Of a DNA stretch of 64,000 nucleotides, positions 1 through 10,055 are shown in pieces. The notes under the pieces were generated by a model. The model did not search any database, had not been told where the DNA came from, and saw only the letters and a program-made list of their open reading frames with translations. The stretch lies in assembly GCF_009834535.1 (NCBI RefSeq), contig NC_045697.1, positions 20,710,001-20,774,000 on the forward strand, read 5' to 3'. Source of the stretch: Camelus ferus. Lineage: Eukaryota. Within the stretch, counting starts at the first letter, position 1. Every line of letters begins with the position of its first letter. The translations under genes and the position numbers were made by a program.

Positions 1-59
1 GGCAAAACCCTATGAAGTAAGACTCTGTAACATTATAGCAAATGTCTGCAGTGATCATT

Positions 60-408
60 CTACCCCACTTCTTTCCTGAACACATCTGACAATTGATAGA
101 GTAATTATACACTGAGGTGAAGGACTTCAATGGCTAATTGGAAAAATTTGCTATTTATACAGATATTAGATACCTAAATTGCCATTACAGTTGACATGGT
201 AGAGCACAGGCACATACAATCCAGTCATAAAAGGACTTCAGGTCCAGGTTTGACTCACGGAAGATCCATTAGGTCCCCAAACCCTCATGATGATCACTTT
301 TCTAAGTTACAAATATATAATCAGAAGGGACATCTGCTGTAGTCTGCAGACATCACAGTTAATTTCTGTGGAGTAAGAAGAATAGTAGGAAAGGCCAAAT
401 GCAATTCC
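60..408 (+). mobile_element. Degenerate ERVL internal sequence (gag-pro/pol junction, protease remnant)
   Basis: 242-349 translates VQV*LTEDPLGPQTLMMITFLSYKYIIRRDICCSLQ, resembling ERVL AQVRLTVGPVGPQTHPVVISPVPECIIGIDILSSWQ; LDT codons near 166; ends gtaggaaaggccaaatg as in ERVL pol start. Confidence 0.7.
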
Positions 409-410
409 AT

Positions 411-760
411 CAACATTATGCACCCAATCCAGGAGTGCCTAATATATAAAACAAATATTAACAGACATAAAGGGAGAAATTGACAATAATACAATAATAG
501 TGGGGGGCTTTAACACTCCACTTATATCAATGGACAGATCAGACAGAAAATGAGTAAGAAAACAGTAGTCATAAATGACATTGACCAGTTGGACTTAATA
601 GATGTCTAAAGGTCATTTCATCCCCAAACAGCAGAATACACATTTTCTTCAAGTGCACATGGCATATTCTCCAGGATAGATCACATGCTTGGCCACAAAA
701 CAGTCTGAACAAGTTTAAAAGGGTAGAGATTATATCAAGCATTTTTTCTAACACAGCACT
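411..760 (+). mobile_element. L1 ORF2 endonuclease fragment (decayed)
   Basis: Encodes NIYAPN-like, TIIVGGFNTPL and YTFFSSAHGIFSRIDHMLGHK motifs with frameshifts. Confidence 0.92.
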
Positions 761-879
761 ATGTTTGTAAGTTGTTCTGTTCATAATCCTTGGCTCAACT
801 GGTTTTTAGGAGTTAAGATGGTGAATTAAATAGTTATACCATGGGGACCACAATCTGCATTTTAAAACTTTCCATAGGT

Positions 880-2570
880 GCCATTATTTTCCCTTGGGCT
901 GTATTTTGTTCATGATTTATTGTATTTTATGAAAGGGATCCATTTAAGAGGCTTCCATTTGGCCCTGTATTCAAACCCTTTCTCTCTCTCTTCTCCTGAA
1001 AACTATCTAATGAGAATGTTGATATGCTTGATATTATTCCAAAGATCACTTAAACTGTTCTCTTTTTTAATTTTTTGGTTTTTGCTGTACTTATTGGAGG
1101 ATTTCCATTATTCTATCTTCCAGATCACTTATGCATTTGTCTGTATCACCCAGTCTGCTATTCATTCCTTCTAGTATGTTTTCATTTTATTTGCTATATT
1201 CTTCACTTTTTACTGGTTCTTTTTAATATTTTCTAGTTCCGTATTAAAATTCTCACTGTGTTCTTCAACACTTTTCTAATTCAGTTAGCATTTTAATTAC
1301 TAATGCTTTGAATTCCTTATCTAGTAAAGTATTTATTCTGTTTCATTAGTTATTTTTTATTCAGGGTTTTTCTCTTGCTTTTTCAATTGAAACAAATTCC
1401 TCTGTCTTCTCATTTTGCTCATCTTTCTCTTCTCTGTGAAATTATGTGAAACGTTTACCTATGGCAGCCTTGAAGGAGTGTCCTTATGTGGGAGCATCCC
1501 TGTACAGTCTGTGTGTGTCCAATGGCTTTGGTGGGGGGCTGGGTTTGATGTGAACATAAGTCATGTTTTTCCTCATGGTGTGTTGGCAGATATCACCTTG
1601 GTAGGAAGGAAGGATGGAGATGGAAGTGTTAGAGTCAGAGCCAGTTGTGAGGTGGGGCTTCCTCTCTGCTCAGAGGCTCTCACTACCCTGTTGGGGGTGG
1701 GATCAGGTCCCAAGCTGCTGGAACAGAAGCCCTGAGTTCCCTTTACATGTGTGCTCTTTCCCCTCCCAGCACTGGCACCCTCAGCCCCAGGGGAGAGCAA
1801 TGCTGGTGCAAGTGAGGCTAGTTTAGGTATTCAACAAGGGTCAGGGTACAGGATGTGGTGATCTGGTGGTTGTCAGAGATCTGATCTGCCTCTGATGTAC
1901 AACTTGCAAAATTGACAGTAATGGCTGCCCCCTTCCTGCTTAGACACAGTTTAGGGTTTGAACCTTTGTAGCATCTTATGGCTGAGCTTTTTCCTTGGTC
2001 ATGGCTGCGCATGCTCCAGTGTGGAGCTGTAACAGGAGGCCAAGGGTGCTGGAGTGTTCACTAGGTTCAGCTGGGGGTGTGCACCAGGGAGGTCATGAGA
2101 AAGCAGTCAGCCAGCTGCATGGTTTCAGTCCCTCCTTTCCTCCCTGTTTTGGGAGCAAGCAAGCGTTCACTCATTCCTCAGGAGCAGAGTCCAAGCTTCC
2201 TACAGCCCTTATGTTGGTCCCATGAGCACTCCAACCAGACAATGAGGCTTGTCTTTCTTTGGTTGAATCCCAGGGCTGGGGTGTCCAATATATGACTTGA
2301 ACCACTCACTCCCCAGGGGCAGTCTCTGTGCTTATAACCTGCCTTTTCTTCTGAGTTTCCTCCCAGGAACACAGGTCCTGATTGCTTCTCTTCCCTTCCT
2401 ACCTGATTCGGTTTGTATCTTCCTTACAGCCTTGTTTGTACAGGAGTCATTCTGCTAGTCTTCAGTTAGTTTTCAGTGAGGATTGTTCCACATGTAGGTG
2501 TATTTTTGATGTGTTCTTGGTAGGGAGGTGAGTTCCAAGTCCTCCTACTCTGCCATTTTGATTTGAGTCC
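880..2570 (-). mobile_element. L1 5' part (5'UTR plus N-terminal ORF1), antisense
   Basis: T-rich antisense ORF1 sequence 960-1450, GC-richer 5'UTR 1480-2570; minus-strand start contains aaaatggcagagtaggagg (YY1-type L1 start) similar to the L1 start at ~47470. Confidence 0.8.
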
Positions 2571-2693
2571 AAAAAGAGAATTTGGGAGTACTTTCAAATA
2601 TAATGGTCTACAGTAATAATACCGTTATAAGACGTAATATTTTTTCTAGAAACCTACAACATTTTAAACCTGTAGATGTTTATAAAAATGACA

Positions 2694-2854
2694 AACTCCT
2701 AATTTATCCCTTCCCCTCTTTCCCCTTTGGTAATCATAAGTCTGTTATAATGCTAAAAGAATATGAAAAAGAATATATATATCTGAATTATTAGGCTGTA
2801 CACCAGAAAATAACACTATATTGTAAATCAACTATACTTCCATTAAAAAAAAAA
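2694..2854. mobile_element. Short 5'-inverted L1 3' end
   Basis: Antisense L1 3'UTR piece 2694-2746 joined to sense 3' terminus and A tail 2746-2854; flanks aaaaatgaca / aaaaatcaca. Confidence 0.7.
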
Positions 2855-4491
2855 TCACAGTGGAACTGGAAGTACATAAAATAAAAAGAAGGAAAAAACA
2901 CAATCAGGTCTGCAAGGCCATATAAAAATCTTCATCTGGATACCTTAGTAAAACATCACTCCCAACCACTTGCCTAGCTTAGCTGCTTTTTCTGATGGGT
3001 TTGTTTACACTTCTTAGAGAACAACCACCACCTACGGTGCTAAATTCAGCCCTTGGATACAGGCTGGCAGCTTCCCTTGACTGTCATGTACTTGCAAGAG
3101 CAGAATTTGGCCTGCAGTGATTCACGTGGATGGGGGGCAGATAAACAACCTTCAAAGAGCTAAAGTGGCCATGAAGCTGAGGCTCAGAAGAGGAAATGGT
3201 GAAGGGGATTAGGCGGAATGAAAAAAGGGATTTTGTACAGCAGCATTGTGGGGTCTCTCACTTACACTTTTTGAGCAGTAAGAACATCGCAACCCCCTGG
3301 AGTTCTTAAAGAGCATCCTTAACTATGAAGTCTGATATCTCAGTCATTCCTTGGGCAAAGTAGCATTGCCTTAAAAGTTGTCAGTCAATAGAAGATATGC
3401 TTTAAGGACTGTCAATGACTGACATTGCAACTTTTTTGCCCACTAGAAAAGAAAAATACCACCTTTGTCCTCCGTTTTTACTAAAATCTCATCTAATGTA
3501 AAGTACCATAAGAAAGGAAAGAGAGAGATAAGGAGCCTGTTGATGGCACCATTCTCTCCTTGTCTTTCATACGTAGTTAGGAATGGGGCTTAAACATGTT
3601 CCTACCGATCAAACATCTTCCAGAGAAAACAGCTCTTATGGAAACCCACCCGGAGAAATATAATTCTGCTTTAGAAGCACCCTTTAGAAAAGTGGTTCTT
3701 TTGAATTTGGAGTGCCATTTTTTAAAGCAGAATAACTTTTTTATTCTGTTTGAGTTTAAAAAAAAAAAAACAATTCCAAAAGGCACTTTATTAGATTTTT
3801 TTCCAAGTGTTTTGCTTTCTTATGTAATATAGTTGGAAATATATTTTGTAACTTTTAGTTTAAAAGTGTTTTGAAGCATATCACCCCTTATTAACCAAAC
3901 AATTCTGCAACTATATCTTACTATAATGGCTTGCACATGAAGAAACTAAAGCTTTGAGAGGTTAAGTAACTTTTCAAAGTTCCATTGCTATCAAAATCAA
4001 AGCTCAGATTTAAATCTAGTTCTCTAACGTCAAATTCTATGTGATTCCCACTGTCATGCCCTGTTATATGGAAATAGAGTTTTAAAATACCAAGTAATTT
4101 TGCTGTTATGAAAAGAGATAATCATATTCTTCAAGAAAAATCAAAATAATTAACTTATTTGCAAGATTTTTGGAATCACACCCAAGGTCTTCTCCATAAA
4201 ATGAGAAGTTACTTATCACTCTGAACCTCAGCTGCGTCATACAGTGATATAACACACAGCACATAACAGACATTTTTCCATAAAGCCCAATAATGTTGTA
4301 TTTATAGTAGTTTCCAAGAACTCTGAATAATATTAGCCTTGGATGTTTCCCATCTCCCAGACTCCCTCAACATGAGTTTATTTTTCTTTTTTATGTCACA
4401 GTAGCCATTTATTCACTGAGAGTCAGAACTGTTATATTATTCTTGTGTGTTATAGATAGTGTGTGTCTGTGTGTGTGTGTAGAAGATTTAG

Positions 4492-4745
4492 TATAAGCCA
4501 GACACAGAAATACAAATACTGCATAATCTCACTTTTATGGGGAACGTGAAATAGTCAGATTCATAGAAGTAGAGTAGAATAGTGGTTGCCAGGCTTGGAG
4601 GTGAGGAGGAGGAGATGGTTGCCAAAGGGTACAAAGCTTCAGTTATGCAAGATGCATGAGTTCTGGACACCTAATACACAGCATGGTGAGGATGGCTAAC
4701 AATACTGCATTGCATACTTCACATTTGCTGAGAGGATAGATCTCT
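4492..4745 (+). mobile_element. Old L1 (L1MA/MB-type) 3'UTR fragment
   Basis: taagccagacacagaaa...gtggttgccagg...aagggtacaaagcttcagttatgcaagat...atttgctgagagg matches eutherian L1M 3' end. Confidence 0.85.
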
Positions 4746-5519
4746 AGCTGGTCGCTTTTTCGTATATATAAGTCCTACCAAGACGTAATTGAGCTCTCTC
4801 ACTTTCTTTTCACTTTATTGTGTTGTCTACCATATAGAGCCACACTTCTTCATCATTATAATTCTGCCAAAATCACTGATCCTTTCAGTGATTTTTTTCC
4901 CATGTATGATTTTCATTTCAATTACTGTCAGAGAAGTACCTGACATTCAGGCAATTCTATTAAGAAAACATGCAGAGTATTATCCTTTGAATGTTTCTTC
5001 ACTTTTTCTTTTCGGTTTACATTGACTATCTTCTCCATCTTAACCCCAGTTAAGTGCATCCACCTTCAGTATCTAGGTATTTCATTTCTTACTGAATTTT
5101 CTTCAATGAATCAGTGATTCAATTATGAATAGCTCCAGATCAAGCCATCATCCATTTAGAGAGCTTAGGCTTTTGCCTATGATCCATTATAAGTGGATGT
5201 TAAATGGTATATGGATTAAAAAAATAAATTTCCTTTTCTAACTCTGTAACAGTGTTTGAGACTGCAAGTATCTCATTTGAGATTATAAGAAATTTGTCAG
5301 TGTTTTCTTGCAAGGATATTTGCAGTTATGGACAATTAATGCTTATTAATGAGTCAATAAAAAAAGACCCTGAAGGGAGGAATGGTACATGGAACTTTTT
5401 GATTGCTATTCCTGGGGGAATTTTTTTTTTTTTCATCTGAAACGTGAATTCCTTGGAAAGGAAGGAAGGTAAAGCTTCTACTAAGGAGTCTGGGCAAAGA
5501 AGCAGCAGTATAATTTGTC

Positions 5520-5660
5520 GACTTATTCAAAGAACATGTATTGAGTGCCTAATGTGTTAAAGCAGTTCTGAAGAGCACAAAGATGACAGACTGAACTGTT
5601 TCATTAACCTCAATTAGCTCACAATAGCGAGTGTGATAAATAAGTAATCAATTAATTTTA
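5520..5660 (-). mobile_element. L2 3' end fragment
   Basis: ttattcaaagaacatgtattgagtgcctaatgtg is the reverse complement of the L2 3' terminus. Confidence 0.55.
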
Positions 5661-5712
5661 AAAAAGTAATTATGGGAAATGGCTTGATAAAAGTGGAAAA
5701 GAATTGACTATA

Positions 5713-5929
5713 CAGTGGACTCTTGAGCACCACAGGTTTGAACTGCAGGACCACTTACACACAGGTTTTTTCACTGTATACATATGCAGTACTACACCAT
5801 CAGCTGTTGGGTGAATCTGTGGATGCAGAACTGGGAATATGATGGCCAAATGTAAAGTTATATGTGGATTTTCGACCCTGTGGAGGGTCAACATCCCTAA
5901 CCCCCATGTTGTTCAATGTTGTTCAACTG
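5713..5929. mobile_element. Tigger-family MITE (Tigger2a/MER8-like)
   Basis: Ends cagtggactcttgagcacca / tgttgttcaactg with TA on both sides; internal ggtttgaactgc and ccctaacccccatgttgttcaa typical of Tigger2-derived MITEs. Confidence 0.85.
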
Positions 5930-6039
5930 TATCTATATCTATAGAATTCGATACCTAAGGAATTCCAAATGCATGCCATTCAGTATAAAGTCATCACTCT
6001 GGCTGCTGTTAAATTAAAAGTCTGAAGTTTGTAGGAGAA

Positions 6040-7490
6040 TATGACTGTAACCTAGGCATGATGATGACTGTGGAGCAAAGGGGTAGCAAATGTGATGAGT
6101 TTGGGTATATTTGGAAGCTGGAGGCAACTGGATTGGTGGATTAAAGGAATTTGTAAGAGAACGTGAGGAGTCAAGGAAATCTCTAAGAATTTTGGACTTG
6201 ATGAGTGGAAAGGAGAAGTTGCTGTCAATTGGGATGGGGAAGGTTTTGGATACACCAATTTTCAGGGAGATTTTCAAAGTTCCACTTTTAGGCTTTTAAA
6301 TTTTTTTTGGCATATGTTGAAAATATTTTTCTTCTTTAAGCTTTTTGTTCTAAATTCTATTTATGTTTGTTTTTGATATATAGGAATTGTATAATCATCC
6401 TAACTTATTTATTTATTAAAATATGTTAATTTTGCATCTCTTAAATGTCAGATACCTTAGTCAATATAAATATTATCTTTGCTCCCATGGTACTTATAGT
6501 CTGTTTATTGGGGAAAATACTAAAGAATTAATAAATCACTATCTGATATTAATATACATACACATATTTTATTTATATGCTGTCACATGCTGATAAGTGT
6601 AAGATGAATTATTTTAAAATAAGAAGAAGTTTTTCATGTATAGCGGACTTCTATTTAATCTAGGCTCTCAGAAAAATGCCTTTCTTTGGACAAGAAATTT
6701 GGGCTGGCATCTGTATGAAAGAAGAATCGGTCATGGAGCTATCTAGAAGAATATGAGAATAAATAAGCCAATGACTCCAAAGCAGGAGAGTTTTTGAAAT
6801 GTTAGAAGCATGGCAGAAACTCAATGAGGAAAGAAGAGGCAATAAGAGATGAGTAAGGGAGCAGTCATGGACCTGCTCATGTCAGAACCTAGGAGAAAAT
6901 GTGAATATTTTTCTGAGTGTGATGGGAAACCATTGGAGAACTTTGATTAGAGGAGTGTCAGGGACATATTCAAATCTAAAAGAATCATTTGAAAAAGATA
7001 GACTTATAGATATATATGTGTGAGGGGTGCTAATATTGGGGGAAAAAAGACCATTTGAGAGGAGATTTCAATGTTCCAGTTCAGATATGTTATAAACTTG
7101 GACTTAGGTGGTATTTGTGGAAAGAATTTCAGAAACATTTTGAAGATTGAACTACAGAATTTGTTGATGGATTGAATAAAGGATGGGAGAGAAAGAGAGT
7201 TTCCAGGACAGTGCCAAGATTTTTGATCTGAGTCACTGGAAGAAAAGAGATGCCATTATTAAGATAAGGAATATATGGGGACACTGGGTTTAAATGGAGC
7301 TTAAAAGTGAGTTTTATAGTATTACAAGTTATATATTCCAAAGGAAATATTGAATAAAAGGCTGAATAAACATGTCTCTTGTTCAGCAAAGACGTAATGG
7401 CTGGACTTGAACCTATGAACTTGGGTTGTCTGGAAGAAGAAAACTAGGAAGTCAGTATATAAACAGAAGAAAATTAGTCTGAGAAGTAGC
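6040..7490 (-). mobile_element. L2 fragments
   Basis: Purine-rich segments such as gagtgtgatgggaaaccattggagaactttg, acagaatttgttgatggattgaat and ggagtcaagga typical of antisense L2. Confidence 0.65.
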
Positions 7491-7520
7491 CAATGGGGTT
7501 AAATTGATTATCTTTTAAAA

Positions 7521-8296
7521 CATGTCCCCCACCCCCCTTGAGGGCCTAGCAGAAGACACCAGGTACCTCATGAGTGAGAGTCTCTGCTGATCACACGTCT
7601 GGGGGGTGGGGGGGGGGGCACATGTGGAGGCGGGGCTTCTAGCTCCCATGAAGGATACAGAACACTAAGGAGGTATGTCTTGGGCCCTCGATGCAAAGAC
7701 CAGGTGTCCCTGAGGTATGTCGATTCTCAGAGCCGCTGGTTCCGGAAGCTTGCTCCCCAGCCGGCACTGATGTAAGGTTCTGGGCTACAGGCTTCTGCCC
7801 AGTGGGCCACCAGAACTGCTGATAGGGACTGAGGTTTCAGCAGCTGGCTGGCAGTTGACTGTGTTTCTCTCACTTTTGCTAAGTTTGAAGGTGAATGGTA
7901 CCTGAAGCCTGTACCTCCCTGATGTCACTGGAGGACAAGGATGATCCCCCGAGAGGAAGCCTGAATATGAGCCTGTGATGTGGCTGAGCATTATCAGACG
8001 CCACCAAGGCTCTGACTTTGTAGAGACCAAGCACTGCACGACAGCTGCATGTCTCATCCTATGCTAAGTCCTGAGCTTCAGACCCTCTTTTTAACCCGTT
8101 CTGAGGGCCTTCGACCCTAGCACCTCATCTCCTGCTTGCACCCGGGACATTACTCTGTATCTCTGACTCTCCCCGTTCGTTCCTGCCCCTTGAGCTCTGA
8201 AGCCCTGCTCTGCCTCCCGAAGTCTTACATCAACACTGCCCAAAGGTTGCAATATCCAGCAGAAGTGAGCTTACTTAGAGAATTTAGACACATCCA
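7521..8296 (+). pseudogene. Putative processed retrocopy fragment of an unidentified GC-rich mRNA (CDS end plus 3'UTR-like tail)
   Basis: Abrupt GC-rich, CpG-containing block in AT-rich DNA; frameshifted protein-like segments (CKVLGYRLLPSGPPELLIGTEV, AVDCVSLTFAKFEGEWYLKP, RKPEYEPVMWLSIIRRHQGSDFVETKHC); not recognised as a repeat; parent not identified. Confidence 0.45.
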
Positions 8297-8430
8297 GGTA
8301 TATGGTGACAGATCTTAATTAGACTTATTATGATGATTATTTCACAATATACACAAATATTGAATTATTATTTTGTATACCTGAAACAAATATAATGTTA
8401 TATGTCAATTATACCTCAGTTAAAAAAATA
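8297..8430 (+). mobile_element. L1 extreme 3' end with A tail
   Basis: tatatggtgacagat...tgtatacctgaaacaaatataatgttatatgtcaattatacctcagttaaaaaaa. Confidence 0.85.
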
Positions 8431-8774
8431 AGAACAAAATAAATCTTTTTGATGTATGTCTGAAGATTAATATACTCTTCTAAATATGATGAATTTTGTT
8501 TATATACCTGGTGACAGGTAAGTCAACAAACACAAGTATTTTCAGCATCACATTTGTTTCAGGGTATATGGAAGACATCATCCTTACCAAGTACCAAGCT
8601 TTTGAAATTCTGTTGGAAAGTGTTTAGATGGCAATCTGAAGACTATATCCTTATCTTTTGAGAACCTGTTATGAAAAGTTCCCATTTTAAGCAATTAGAC
8701 AAAACATATCAAACAGAGGCCAGTCCTCAAGGATTTAAAATTCAATGTAGAAAATAGTTTATACAGATAAAGTG

Positions 8775-8950
8775 ATGAATAACAAGTTCCTACTATATAT
8801 GACAGGGAATTCTATTCAATATCTTATAATAGCCTATAATGAAAAAGAATATGAAAAAGAGTATATGTATGTATAACTGAATCACTATGCCGCACACCAG
8901 AAATTAACACAACGTTGTAAACCAACAATATTTCAATTTTAAAAAAAAAA
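8775..8950 (+). mobile_element. Lineage-specific (camelid-type) L1 3' end, 5'-truncated
   Basis: aatgaaaaagaatatgaaaaagagtatatg...caccagaaattaacacaac...A10 tail; candidate TSD agataaagtgat / agataatatgat. Confidence 0.88.
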
Positions 8951-9107
8951 GATAATATGATATTCAGGCTGTCCCAGTTCATAGACCGACCAGTTGCTTG
9001 GCACTTCAAAGTTCAATGTCATGTAGAAGTGTAGTCACTGAATGTTCTACATATCTCCGATATCAACTACCATGCCTACTCATGCTGCTTTAAAAAAAAA
9101 AAAAAAG

Positions 9108-9629
9108 TGTTACAGAATCCAAGCCCATACCGCTTGCCACATAACAGCCCAATAAATCGAGAGACAAGGTGTTGGGGCAAGGATTGGTGATTTTATTCAG
9201 AAAGCCAATACACTGAGAAGATGGTGAACTAGTGTTCCAAAGAACCATCCTACCTGAGTTAGAATTCAGACTGCTTTTATACTAAAAGGGGAAGGAGTGT
9301 ACCCGATTGTTGTAAACTTCTTGGTGCAGAAATCGTTTGTTCTTGCAGCTTGCAGAACATTTTTGAAGTTCAAGTATGTTTGGTCACAATGTTCCTGTAA
9401 ACCTCCAAAAAAAAAAAAAAATACTATTCTCTGCTCTGTGACTTTTTATCTCTAGAAGAATGGAAAAGTGTTAAACATTTAAAGGTCAGAGCCTTGAGAA
9501 TGGGCTATCATGTATATTTCAGGCTATAGACAACCGTCTTTTACAAAAGATGTAGAGCCAGCATGACTAAGCACAGGCAACGGAGCACAAGGGTTAGAGC
9601 TAAAGGAGTCAGGTTTGTTCTCTGTTACA
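9108..9629 (-). mobile_element. ERV1-class solo LTR
   Basis: TG...CA termini, 4-bp TSD aaag (9104-9107 / 9630-9633), minus-strand AATAAA (~9193) and TATA-like ttttata (~9275). Confidence 0.88.
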
Positions 9630-9789
9630 AAAGTTCAGGTGCTGGCAAAGAGGAAGAAACAAGGGTGCATGATAACTATTTCCTCAACAAGATCTCTAAT
9701 TGTACCCTTTTGTCTAACTGCCTGGAAGAATAGCCTTTTTCATGGTGCTCGTTGTTTTTAGTAGGCTTTGCCTCATCTCAATCTGACCC

Positions 9790-10055
9790 CAAGTTAAATA
9801 ACGTAATATTATGGGTAAATGCCGTAAAATAGATACGGACTTTGGATAAGCCTAAATCTGAAATCAAATCCCAACTCTCCTATTAAGAGGACAGATGTTA
9901 TCTTGGGAATATTACTTAACTTCTCTGACACAGTTTCTATTTCTGTTAAAAGTGGATAAGCAATATTTCCTTAAAGGGATTGCAATGATAATAAATATGA
10001 TATAAAATACATATACATAGTTCAGAAAAATGCAAAGTATATTTTAGGTAGTCAA
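9790..10055 (+). mobile_element. MIR SINE
   Basis: Core tcttgggaatattacttaacttctctgacacagtttct...ctgttaaaagtgg. Confidence 0.7.

Noticed and set aside
7871..7910. Lipocalin GXW motif (KFEGEWYL) as the identity of the retrocopy
   Set aside because: The motif is short and neither its position nor the flanking sequence fits a lipocalin; no gene symbol assigned
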